From Gammaproteobacteria bacterium (GTDB lineage Bacteria > Pseudomonadota > Gammaproteobacteria > Magnimaribacterales > D2472): 64,000 nt of DNA. The translations under genes and the position numbers were made by a program. The stretch is taken from contig PBKO01000007.1 in assembly GCA_002721465.1 (NCBI GenBank), positions 56,501 to 120,500 on the forward strand, in the 5' to 3' direction. Under the pieces are notes generated by a model that saw nothing but the letters and a program-made list of their open reading frames with translations, was not told where the DNA came from and did not search any database. This document shows positions 21,941-30,875 of the stretch, piece after piece (position 1 is the first letter of the stretch; every line of letters begins with the position of its first letter).

Positions 21941-22366
21941 TTGTCAATCAACTCAAGAAATAAAGGTGCTGCATTTGAGAGACAGATTGCTAATGCGTTG
22001 ATAGAAGATTTAAATTTAAAAAATCCTGTTAAAAGGATATTAGAGCAAACAAGAACAAAGGAACTGCCAGACCTTATGCTAGGCAGTTGGTGTATTGAAT
22101 GCAAGGCTTATGGCACTGGTGCAGAACCTAGACCAGACTGGTGGGAACAGGTTATAGCATCATCCAAGACTAATGGATTAAAACCTGCACTTGTATATAA
22201 ATTTAATAATAGACCAATAAAAGTTCGTATTTTAGCTTGCTCAATTAATAGCAGAATTAAGAATGATTTAGTTACAGTTGATCTTTTGTGGCCAGATTTT
22301 ATACAAATTATATTAGAGTTATTTCAAGAGGATATTGAATTACATGAACGAACATATCAAGTGTGA
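21941..22366 (+). CDS. Small PD-(D/E)XK nuclease, Hjc/RecU/T7-endonuclease-I-like (putative Holliday junction resolvase)
   Basis: Ordered motifs are NKGAAFERQIANAL (E13), LPDLML (D44) and CIECKA (E53, K55). TTG start lies 2 nt after the yebC stop, with AAGG upstream. It is the only long ORF in this interval. Confidence 0.5.
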   Translation: MSINSRNKGAAFERQIANALIEDLNLKNPVKRILEQTRTKELPDLMLGSWCIECKAYGTGAEPRPDWWEQVIASSKTNGLKPALVYKFNNRPIKVRILACSINSRIKNDLVTVDLLWPDFIQIILELFQEDIELHERTYQV

Positions 22367-22754
22367 TGACCTTAAACAAAAAATTTTTATAGAGGATACA
22401 GACTTTCAAGGAGTTGTATATCACGCAAATTATTTAAAATTTTTTGAAAGAGCTAGATCTAATTTTTTATCAAAAGTGGGAGTTTCACAGAAGGAGCTAA
22501 GAAACCAGGATAAAGCATTCGTAGTAAAGAGCATTGAACTTGATTACCTTAACTCAGCTGTGCTCGGAACTGAAATAATTGTCGAATCTTATGTAGAAAA
22601 AAAATCAAAAGCAAGATTTGTTTTCTATCAAAAAGTTTTAAATAAAAATGATAATAAAATTCTTGTATCCGGAAGAGTTGAGGTATGTTTTATAAATTTG
22701 TCTACAAAAAAACCAATAAAATTTCCTGATGAATTATTATCAAATCTCACATAG
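22344..22754 (+). CDS. ybgC: Tol-Pal-associated acyl-CoA thioesterase YbgC
   Basis: Hotdog-fold motif IFIEDTDFQGVVYHANYLKFFERAR aligns with E. coli YbgC. ATG 22344 was preferred to the TTG at 22335. Confidence 0.75.
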   Translation: MNEHIKCDDLKQKIFIEDTDFQGVVYHANYLKFFERARSNFLSKVGVSQKELRNQDKAFVVKSIELDYLNSAVLGTEIIVESYVEKKSKARFVFYQKVLNKNDNKILVSGRVEVCFINLSTKKPIKFPDELLSNLT

Positions 22755-22762
22755 AATAAATT

Positions 22763-23431
22763 ATGGATGAAATATCAGTTTTAAATCTTTTCTTAGAGGC
22801 TGGCTTAGTTGTAAAAATTGTTATGACATTACTTTTTGTTGCGTCAATTTTATCTTGGATAGTTATTATTGAAAGATACAATTTTTTTACAAAAATAAAA
22901 AATCTTAATAACGAATTTCTTAAAAATTTTTGGAACAATAAAGACCTTACTTTGCTTTATAAGGACTTGTCAGACAATGATTTTCTGTATGGCTCTATGA
23001 ATTTATTCAAGAATTCTTATGACGAATTCCAAGATATAAATACAAACAAAACAATTTCAGAACTAGATCTTGAAGGTATTAATAGAATAATGAGAGTGTC
23101 AATTGCATCTGACGAGGAAGAAATGAATAAGCATTTATCATTCCTTGCTAATGTTGGTTCTGTTAGCCCCTATGTTGGTTTGCTTGGAACAGTTTGGGGA
23201 ATTATGACTTCGTTTCAAGGACTATCTGATGCAACACAAGCTACTATTAATGCAGTTGCTCCAGGTATTTCTGAAGCCTTAATTGCTACTGGAATGGGTT
23301 TATTTGCAGCAATTCCTGCAGTCGTGGCATTTAATAAATTTACTTCAGAATCAGAGTCTATTAGTCAAAGTACAATGATTTTTGCAGAAGAACTAGCCAG
23401 TATTTTTTATAAGCAATCAACTAAAAAATAA
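22763..23431 (+). CDS. tolQ: Tol-Pal system protein TolQ
   Basis: MotA/TolQ/ExbB pattern (GLLGTVWGIM, APGISEALIATGMGL). Confidence 0.9.
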   Translation: MDEISVLNLFLEAGLVVKIVMTLLFVASILSWIVIIERYNFFTKIKNLNNEFLKNFWNNKDLTLLYKDLSDNDFLYGSMNLFKNSYDEFQDINTNKTISELDLEGINRIMRVSIASDEEEMNKHLSFLANVGSVSPYVGLLGTVWGIMTSFQGLSDATQATINAVAPGISEALIATGMGLFAAIPAVVAFNKFTSESESISQSTMIFAEELASIFYKQSTKK

Positions 23432-23853
23432 TGATTTATAGGCTTGCAAAAAAGAAAAATCTTAAAGCTGAAATAAATGTTGTTCCATACATAGATGTGA
23501 TGCTTGTTCTTTTGATTATATTTATGGTTTTATCACCTCTTTTAATTCAAGGAATTGAAGTTAATTTACCTCAAACAGACACAACAAAAATGTCAGTACA
23601 AAATGAACCGTTAGTAATATCGATTGATAAAAATGGAAATTATTTTATTAATGTTGGGGATGAATCGCTTTCAATAGACTTAGAAGAGCTAAAAAGAAAA
23701 TCAAAAGTAATCTATGATGCAAATCCAGAAGTAGAAGTAGTTTTTCAAAATGATAAAGATGTAGCATTTGAGTATGTAGCAAAAGCAATGGCATCAATTC
23801 AGAGTATTGGAATTTCTAATATAGGAATCGTAACTTCTGGCTATGAGAATTAA
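23431..23853 (+). CDS. tolR: Tol-Pal system protein TolR
   Basis: ExbD/TolR pattern (INVVPYIDVMLVLLIIFMV). Position is after tolQ. Confidence 0.85.
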   Translation: MIYRLAKKKNLKAEINVVPYIDVMLVLLIIFMVLSPLLIQGIEVNLPQTDTTKMSVQNEPLVISIDKNGNYFINVGDESLSIDLEELKRKSKVIYDANPEVEVVFQNDKDVAFEYVAKAMASIQSIGISNIGIVTSGYEN

Positions 23854-24469
23854 TAAAACTTATTTTGAAGCCTCTTTTGTATCATTTTTAATACATGCCT
23901 TAATTCTTTTATATCTTCTTGGTTTCTTTTATTCTGAGTCTAAACAGACATCAATATTAACTAAGCCGATAAACGTAAGTTTGATTTATAAAGATCAATC
24001 TGGAGTAAAAAAAAATATACCTATCAAAAAGATTATCGAACCACAAAAAATTGAGTTATCAGAAGCAATTAACAAAAATGAGACTTCTACAGAATCTATC
24101 TCATTCGATTTGCTATTAAACACAATTGGTTTTGATGAGCTTTTAAAAGAAGACAACCTAATCTCTGAGAGAATAGAACAAAATGAAATTGATTTATACT
24201 CTTCCTTGATAGTAAAAAATATCCAAGAAGCTTGGCGAAAACCAATTAATATTCAAGATGGATTAATCTGTAATTTAAGACTTACAATTAATAAAAATGG
24301 CAGAGTTCTTAACGTTAACCTTATAAAAAGTAGCGGGAACATAAGGTTTGATAATTCTGCGATTAAAGCAGTTCAAAGAGTTGAGACTTTTAGTTTCTTT
24401 AATCAAATTTCAGCTAGTCTTTTTGCATCTAACTTTAGAACAGTAATTCTAAAATTCAATCCATCATGA
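23843..24469 (+). CDS. tolA: TolA, minimal form
   Basis: One N-terminal TM helix and a C-terminal TonB_C/TolA-III-like domain (WRKPINIQDGLICNLRLTINKNGRVLNVNLIKSSGN..FDNSAIKAV). Lies between tolR and tolB. Confidence 0.6.
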   Translation: MRINKTYFEASFVSFLIHALILLYLLGFFYSESKQTSILTKPINVSLIYKDQSGVKKNIPIKKIIEPQKIELSEAINKNETSTESISFDLLLNTIGFDELLKEDNLISERIEQNEIDLYSSLIVKNIQEAWRKPINIQDGLICNLRLTINKNGRVLNVNLIKSSGNIRFDNSAIKAVQRVETFSFFNQISASLFASNFRTVILKFNPS

Positions 24470-25722
24470 ATAGAATAATTTTTTTACTAATATTCTCTAA
24501 TATCTTAATTTCTGAACTTACCTTAGAGGTTACTCAGGGTACAGATGATCCTTATAGGGTTGCATTAGTAACGTTTAATGGAGACGCCAAAATAGTCAAT
24601 GAAATAAATTCAGTTATTAGAAATAATCTTATAAGATCTGGCGAGTTTAATATTTTTGAAGATGATGATTTATTATCAGTACCTAAAAATGAAAATGAAA
24701 TAATTTATAACGATTTTAAGATTCTTAATATTGATTATCTTGTTTTTGGAGAGGTTTTCATTGATGGAAATAGCAATTCAGTAGAATACAAAGTTTTTGA
24801 TATTAAAAGGGGTACTCAGGTAAGAAACTCAACTGTTTTTGGAATTCCAAATAGAAATAGACAATTAGCACATTATGTTGCCGATGGTATTTATGAAGAA
24901 ATAACCGGTATAAAGGGAATATCAGCTACAAAAATTTTATATGTTACTGAGAAAGATAATTTCAATCTGGTTATTTCAGATGCTGATGGAAAGAATGAAC
25001 AACTATTGCTTTCAAGCTCAGAACCAATAATTTCACCAACATGGTCTCCTGATTCGAAAAAGGTTGCATATGTATCATTCGAAACTGGTATGGCTAAGGT
25101 GTATATTCAAGATATAGCTTCTGGTGAAAGGGAGGTAGTGATAGAAAACTCAAAGCAAATAAGTTCACCAGCATGGTCTCCAGATGGAAAATTTTTATCT
25201 TTAACAATGTATCAGGATGGTAATGCTGAAATTTATATATTGAACTTAAAAAATAAAAACCTTACCAGATTAACAAATCATTATAGTATTGATACTGAAT
25301 CAGTATGGTCACCAAGAGGAACCAAAATTATGTTTACTTCAGGTCGGTCAGGATCTCCTCAACTATATGAAATAAATTTAAGAAAATTTAATTCAAAACC
25401 AAAGAGGATTACTTTTGATGGAAATTACAATGCTAAAGGATCTTATTTACCAAATAATGAGGGGATAGTTTTTGTTCATAGAAGCAAAGATCAGTTTCAG
25501 ATTGCACTTAAATACTTTAATGAAAATTTTGTTAGAACTCTTACAAACTCAATGATGGATGAATCACCTAGTATTTCTCCCAACGGAAATGTTATAGTTT
25601 ATGCAGTAAAAATTAATGGAACTGGGATGCTCGCTGGTGTTACTTTAAGTGGAGCAAAATTTATTTTACCTGCTTCTGAAGGTGCTGTTCGTGAACCATC
25701 TTGGTCAAGTTTTTTGAGATAA
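24466..25722 (+). CDS. tolB: Tol-Pal system beta-propeller protein TolB
   Basis: Repeated WSPDxK blades (WSPDSKKVAYVS, WSPDGKFLS) and a signal peptide. Confidence 0.9.
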   Translation: MNRIIFLLIFSNILISELTLEVTQGTDDPYRVALVTFNGDAKIVNEINSVIRNNLIRSGEFNIFEDDDLLSVPKNENEIIYNDFKILNIDYLVFGEVFIDGNSNSVEYKVFDIKRGTQVRNSTVFGIPNRNRQLAHYVADGIYEEITGIKGISATKILYVTEKDNFNLVISDADGKNEQLLLSSSEPIISPTWSPDSKKVAYVSFETGMAKVYIQDIASGEREVVIENSKQISSPAWSPDGKFLSLTMYQDGNAEIYILNLKNKNLTRLTNHYSIDTESVWSPRGTKIMFTSGRSGSPQLYEINLRKFNSKPKRITFDGNYNAKGSYLPNNEGIVFVHRSKDQFQIALKYFNENFVRTLTNSMMDESPSISPNGNVIVYAVKINGTGMLAGVTLSGAKFILPASEGAVREPSWSSFLR

Positions 25723-25737
25723 TTTAAGGAGTTATTT

Positions 25738-26223
25738 ATGCAGTATTCAAAAATTAATTTTCATTTTTTATTTTTTTTAATTTTTTTAACCTCATGTTCA
25801 AGTATGAATGTTTCTCAGGAAAAAGTTTATTCTGAGGATGTAAGAACTGTTCAAGCATCATTGAGCAGTTCTGAGATTAGTTATGATAGCGAGGCAATTT
25901 TTGCAAATGCAATAATTTATTTTGAGTTTGATAAATCAAACCTCACTTCTAAATCTCTTCAAACATTGAAAAGCACGGTTAACGCATTAGAAGAAAATCC
26001 TGCAATTGGATTAACTTTATCTGGTCATGCTGATGAAAGAGGAACCCGTGAATATAATTTAGCTTTAGGTCAAAGACGTGCAGAAACCGTAGCTGAATAC
26101 TTAATACTTAATGGTATTAATAAGAGCAGAATCACTGTAAAAAGCTATGGTGAAGAAATGCCTGCAATGTTGGGTCAAAATGAGAAAAGTTATGCAAAGA
26201 ATAGAAGAGTTGAGATAAATTAA
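25738..26223 (+). CDS. pal: Peptidoglycan-associated lipoprotein Pal
   Basis: Lipobox LTSCSS. OmpA-like domain (GHADERGTREYNLALGQRRA, NRRVEI). Confidence 0.9.
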   Translation: MQYSKINFHFLFFLIFLTSCSSMNVSQEKVYSEDVRTVQASLSSSEISYDSEAIFANAIIYFEFDKSNLTSKSLQTLKSTVNALEENPAIGLTLSGHADERGTREYNLALGQRRAETVAEYLILNGINKSRITVKSYGEEMPAMLGQNEKSYAKNRRVEIN

Positions 26224-26226
26224 TTA

Positions 26227-26880
26227 ATGAATATTAAATTTTCTTTGCCATTTCTATTACCTATTATTTTTTTTCACGTTGCTGTTCAAGCTGATGATAA
26301 TGAAGATATAAAAACTGATATTTTATTTTTAAAAATACAGGAGCTTGAGACAGAAATTGCAGAATTAAGGGATAGAGTTGAGTCTCAGAATTATTTAATT
26401 GAAAAATTAATCAATGAATCTTTAGAAGTTGCTGAAAATAACTCTTCAAACATTGATGATCTGAATTTAGGGTCAGATATTAAATTTAAAGGTATTGAAG
26501 ATCCTAAAAGCGAAGACCAAATTTATAATGGAGCAATTACAGCATTAGAAAATCAAGAATACGATAGAGCTTATAATCTTTTTAACTACTTTGTAAGTAA
26601 TTTTGATAATGCAGAAAAAAATCCATTAGCATATTTTTGGTTAGGTGAAATTTCTTTTATTAATGATGATCTAGAAAATGCAAATAAATTTTATTTGGAG
26701 CTAATAAATTCATTTCCAAATCATTATAGGGTTCCACTTTCACACAAGAAGATTGGCGACATCTACATGAAAAAAGGTGATGCTAATATGGCTTCAAATA
26801 AATATAATTTTGTTATCAGGCAATATCCGAACAATACTGCATCTTCTTTAGCCTTGCAGATATTGAAAAATATGGAATAA
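26227..26880 (+). CDS. cpoB: Cell division coordinator CpoB (YbgF)
   Basis: Signal peptide, N-terminal coiled coil and C-terminal TPR repeats. Last gene of the tol-pal cluster. Confidence 0.75.
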   Translation: MNIKFSLPFLLPIIFFHVAVQADDNEDIKTDILFLKIQELETEIAELRDRVESQNYLIEKLINESLEVAENNSSNIDDLNLGSDIKFKGIEDPKSEDQIYNGAITALENQEYDRAYNLFNYFVSNFDNAEKNPLAYFWLGEISFINDDLENANKFYLELINSFPNHYRVPLSHKKIGDIYMKKGDANMASNKYNFVIRQYPNNTASSLALQILKNME

Positions 26881-26907
26881 TCACCATCTTTATTTATGTA
26901 TTACCCT

Positions 26908-26983
26908 GGGTCGCTAGCTCAGCTGGTAGAGCAGTTGGCTTTTAACCAATTGGTCACAGGTTCGAATCCTGTGCGACCCACCA
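26908..26983 (+). tRNA. tRNA-Lys (anticodon UUU)
   Basis: The cloverleaf folds by hand: acceptor GGGTCGC/GCGACCC, D arm GCTC/GAGC, anticodon stem GTTGG/CCAAT, loop CTTTTAA and T arm ACAGG-TTCGAAT-CCTGT. CCA is encoded. Confidence 0.9.
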
Positions 26984-27004
26984 TTTTTAGGGCATAATAT
27001 TTTG

Positions 27005-28261
27005 ATGTTTTTCTTAAGAAACCTCTTTCTTAATTTCAGAACCTCTTTTACTTTTGATGCATTCAAAGGAGGTTTTTTATTCTTTTTAGTTCTATCTTCA
27101 TGGTATATTTTGCGACCAGTCAGAAATGAAATGGCAGTTTCAAATGTTAATGAATTGCCATACCTTTTAGGCGCCGGTGCTCTAGCTATGCTATTGTTAA
27201 ATCCACTATACTCATGGATTGCAAGCAGAACCAATCTTAAAAAAATAGTTTTTTATTGCTACTCTTTTTTTATAACTAATTTAATTTTTTTTATTTTCTC
27301 ATGGAGAGTTTTTGATCTGAGTAACTCAATATGGTTAGAAAGAGTTTTTTATGTTTGGAGTAATGTATTCTCATTTTTTATAGTATCGATTTTCTGGGTT
27401 GTGATAATTAATTTATTCAGAGATCTAAAAACTAGAAATTTCTATGGAGTAATTATGGCAGGTGGATCTTTAGGAGCATTCTTTGGATCTTCAATCACCA
27501 ACCAATTATCAGGATCATTTAATGAATTTGGTTTAGAGTTTTTTAGTATTTTTTCAGCAATATTTTTATTTTTAGCAATGTTATTTGCAATTCAAATGAT
27601 AAATAAATCAAAGCCTATGAATAAGCTCCAGCTTAAAAATGTTGGAGGAGGTAGTCTTGACGCTATAAAAAACTCCATCAAAAAAAGTGAAATAAGAAAT
27701 ATTTCATTATATGTTTGGATATGGACTGGGCTTATGACTGTCCAATGGATAACAGCTGCAAATATTGTTGAGTCTTGGTCACAAGATCCTCAAGAAAGAA
27801 TAGAGTTTTTTTCTCTTATTGAGCAAATTATTTCTCCATTAACATTTATATTTCAGGTTTTTTTAACAAACATAATTATTCAGCGCATTGGTATTAAAAA
27901 TATCTTGTTAATGTATGGATTTATTTTTATGATAACTTTTGTAGCATATGGATTTGTTCCATCTATAACTATTGTGGCAGTTGTCCAAATATTTCTTAGA
28001 GTATTTGAATATGCAATCAATAAACCAACAAGAGAAATAATATTTAGTTCATTGCAAAAAGATGACAGATATAAGTCATCAGTCTTCATTGATACCTTTA
28101 TTTCTAGATTTGGTGATTTGACGGGTAGTAGCATTGTAGCAATTGGAAAATTGACTACAGTTGCAGCAAATATGTTTCCTCTTTTTACTATTCCAATAGC
28201 TGCCTATATTTCACTTTTAGGAATCAAGATATCAAAACAAACCAAAATTAAAGACCTCTAG
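27005..28261 (+). CDS. Polytopic transporter, distant ATP/ADP-antiporter (NTT/TLC, TC 2.A.12)-like MFS member
   Basis: About 12 predicted TM segments. Family-like motifs are WYILRPVRNEMAV near TM1, FYVWSNVF...FWVVIINLF...TRNFYGVIMAGGSLG, and EYAINKPTREIIFSSL..DDRYKSSVFIDTFISRFGD. Confidence 0.55.
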   Translation: MFFLRNLFLNFRTSFTFDAFKGGFLFFLVLSSWYILRPVRNEMAVSNVNELPYLLGAGALAMLLLNPLYSWIASRTNLKKIVFYCYSFFITNLIFFIFSWRVFDLSNSIWLERVFYVWSNVFSFFIVSIFWVVIINLFRDLKTRNFYGVIMAGGSLGAFFGSSITNQLSGSFNEFGLEFFSIFSAIFLFLAMLFAIQMINKSKPMNKLQLKNVGGGSLDAIKNSIKKSEIRNISLYVWIWTGLMTVQWITAANIVESWSQDPQERIEFFSLIEQIISPLTFIFQVFLTNIIIQRIGIKNILLMYGFIFMITFVAYGFVPSITIVAVVQIFLRVFEYAINKPTREIIFSSLQKDDRYKSSVFIDTFISRFGDLTGSSIVAIGKLTTVAANMFPLFTIPIAAYISLLGIKISKQTKIKDL

Positions 28262-29684
28262 ATGCGTTTAAAACTTTTTTAATGTCTACAATTTTTGTCA
28301 TTATCCTCTCAGAAACTTGAAAATTATTTTGAGTTAGCTGAAGAGCAAATTCTAGCTGATTTAATGCTTTTTCATTTTGGCCTAAAAGTAAAAAATACTC
28401 AGCCCTACTTTGATGATAGCCAACTATATTTTGACCTGCTCTTTGAATTTCAGATAATAATAGCCACAATTCAGGATCTCTATTTTTTCTAATGAGTTGG
28501 TCTCTTATGATTTCTTCAGCTTCAAATTTTTTCCCAATTCTTAGAAGAATTTTAGATTTTGATATTGATAATGGATAATTTCTTGGAGAAATATCAAGTA
28601 GTTTATTTACCAAATTTAATGCATCATTATATTTGCCTGCAGCCTCTAAAATATCAACCTTTGTGTTATTAAGAACAAGATTTTTAGGATATTTTGCAAC
28701 AAGTTGATTAATTAGTTTTATGCTTTCTGAATAATTATTATTATTACTATGCGAGAGGGCTAATCCGTAATAATTTGCATCTGATGGATTACTTTGAATT
28801 CTAGCATTGAAAATTCTTATCGCATTTGAGGGAATATTTTCATAATAGACTTCAAGTCTTGATTTCATTAATGCAAATTCAAGAGTATCTTTCTTAGTAT
28901 TTTCACTTGAAATATTCTCTGCTGCATTAAATGCATCACTTATTCTTGATGATGATAAAGGATGAGTTAGTAAAAATTCAGGTGGAAGATCGCCAGAAAG
29001 CCTTCTCATACTATTCATATTTTCAAACATCTCTCCCATTGATTTTGGATCATATCCTGCATTTACAAGATTCATAAAACCAACTCTGTCAGCTTCTTTT
29101 TCAAATAACCTGCTATATCTTAAATTCTGCGATTGAAGAATAGCAGGACCAACAGCCATAGCATTTGGATTATTGCTTATCAATGCAATTGCAATCGAGG
29201 AAACCAAAACCAGTGTTGATGCTAAATTAGTATCTTGAGATTTCAGAACATTCCTAGCAAAGTGCCTTTGACTTAAATGAGCAAGTTCATGTGCCAATAC
29301 TGATGAAAATTGTCCTTCATTATCTGAATTTAGAAATAAACCACCATTAATACCTATTACCCCTCCAGGAGCTGCAAAAGCATTTAAAGAGTCATCATCT
29401 ATAAGAAGTATTGAGAAATACCTATCTTCGACCTGACTATACTCAGATAATCTATATATAAGGTGTTCAGTATAGTCAAATATAATTGGATCTGATATTA
29501 AAGGTGCCTGAGAATACACTTGTTTAAGAAACATTTCACCGATTGCTTTTTCCTGCGCTGCTGAAACTGCGCCTGAAACTCTATCACCCAAGACTGGCAG
29601 TTTAATATCATTTGAAGAAGTATCATCTGAAGAAATAAACCCAGTGATAAATATAGAAATTGTTATAAATATTTTAAATAACAT
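28248..29684 (-). CDS. bepA: Periplasmic M48 metalloprotease/chaperone BepA (YfgC)-like with TPR domain
   Basis: Signal peptide, zinc motif HELAHLSQRH and C-terminal TPR repeats. Confidence 0.8.
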   Translation of the reverse strand: MLFKIFITISIFITGFISSDDTSSNDIKLPVLGDRVSGAVSAAQEKAIGEMFLKQVYSQAPLISDPIIFDYTEHLIYRLSEYSQVEDRYFSILLIDDDSLNAFAAPGGVIGINGGLFLNSDNEGQFSSVLAHELAHLSQRHFARNVLKSQDTNLASTLVLVSSIAIALISNNPNAMAVGPAILQSQNLRYSRLFEKEADRVGFMNLVNAGYDPKSMGEMFENMNSMRRLSGDLPPEFLLTHPLSSSRISDAFNAAENISSENTKKDTLEFALMKSRLEVYYENIPSNAIRIFNARIQSNPSDANYYGLALSHSNNNNYSESIKLINQLVAKYPKNLVLNNTKVDILEAAGKYNDALNLVNKLLDISPRNYPLSISKSKILLRIGKKFEAEEIIRDQLIRKNRDPELWLLLSEIQRAGQNIVGYHQSRAEYFLLLGQNEKALNQLEFALQLTQNNFQVSERIMTKIVDIKKVLNASRGL

Positions 29685-29810
29685 ATTATTTTAATTACTA
29701 AATTTAATATTAGAACAAATAAATCATTATAAGTTTTATTATCTTTATTTTTTTTAAAACTGTCTAAAAATTCTTTTTTTAAACAAATCTTATATAATGA
29801 TCATCTTTAT

Positions 29811-30875
29811 ATGATAGAACATTTAAGTAATTTCTTTAAACGCATTTTTAGTAATGAGGAAACAGTTGTTTTTACTCTAATAATAATTTTGACATTACTC
29901 ATTTTTAGTTTTTTTGCTGCTGTTCTTACTCCATTTATAGTTAGCATTATTGTTGCTTATTTATTGGTCGGTCTTCAAAAAAACATTGTTTCGTATAATC
30001 TTTCAGAATTTTCGGCAAGTATTATATCTTTTTCTATTTTTATAGTCGTCGGTGCGGCAATGTTTACATGGCTTATCCCTCTACTTTATGTTCAATTACA
30101 ATCATTTGTTCTTGACATACCAAGACTTTTTAATGATTTTTTAAATTTTGTATCAACTGTTCCAGCTGCATTTCCTGAACTAGTTGACTCAGATCAAATA
30201 TCAGTTTTTTTCCAAGCAGTTTCATCTGAATTATCTTCAATAACACAAAACTTGGTTAAATCTTCAATTGCTGGAATTCAAAGCACAATTACAATTCTTT
30301 TATACATTATTTTATTTCCTATTCTTGTTTATTTTTTTCTTTTTGATAGAAAAAATATTGTTGAGGGATGTTTAAAAATAATACCTGGTGACAGGGAAAT
30401 GCTATCAAAGGTATGGCAAGAGATGGATATTCAGTTAAGTAATTACGTCCGAGGTAAAGTTGTAGAAATAATTATTGTCGCAATAGCTGCTGCATTATTA
30501 TTTTTCTTCTTTGATTTAAATTATGGTGCTCTATTGGCTGTTCTAGTAGGTTTATCAGTACTTATTCCATTCGTTGGCGCATTCTTGGTAACAATTCCAA
30601 TTGTAATAATTGGATTATTACAGTTTGGCCTTGGAACTCAATTTTATCTTTTGGTAGGTCTATATATGTTACTTCAATTTATTGATGGCAATCTGCTTGT
30701 GCCTTTAATTTTTTCAGAAGCAGTTAAGTTACATCCAATAATAATTATTCTTGCTGTATTTATATTTGGAAGTATGTTTGGATTTTGGGGTGTGTTCTTT
30801 TCAATTCCGTTAGCAACATTTATAAAAGCAGTATGGAATGCATGGCCAGGACTTCAAAAAAATCATGAACACTAA
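29811..30875 (+). CDS. AI-2E/PerM-family (UPF0118) transporter
   Basis: Eight-TM topology. C-terminal pattern QFIDGNLLVPLIFSEAVKLHP is typical of the family. Confidence 0.8.
   Translation: MIEHLSNFFKRIFSNEETVVFTLIIILTLLIFSFFAAVLTPFIVSIIVAYLLVGLQKNIVSYNLSEFSASIISFSIFIVVGAAMFTWLIPLLYVQLQSFVLDIPRLFNDFLNFVSTVPAAFPELVDSDQISVFFQAVSSELSSITQNLVKSSIAGIQSTITILLYIILFPILVYFFLFDRKNIVEGCLKIIPGDREMLSKVWQEMDIQLSNYVRGKVVEIIIVAIAAALLFFFFDLNYGALLAVLVGLSVLIPFVGAFLVTIPIVIIGLLQFGLGTQFYLLVGLYMLLQFIDGNLLVPLIFSEAVKLHPIIIILAVFIFGSMFGFWGVFFSIPLATFIKAVWNAWPGLQKNHEH

Noticed and set aside
26993-27000. -10-like CATAAT/TAATAT between tRNA-Lys and the transporter ATG, suggesting a second leaderless mRNA.
   Set aside because: There is no credible -35. 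TATAAT-like hexamers are expected by chance at this AT content. The evidence is far weaker than for the isc promoter.
26914-27234. A 106-aa minus-strand ORF overlapping tRNA-Lys and the transporter start.
   Set aside because: It runs through a well-folding tRNA gene and is antisense to a 12-TM transporter ORF. It is spurious.
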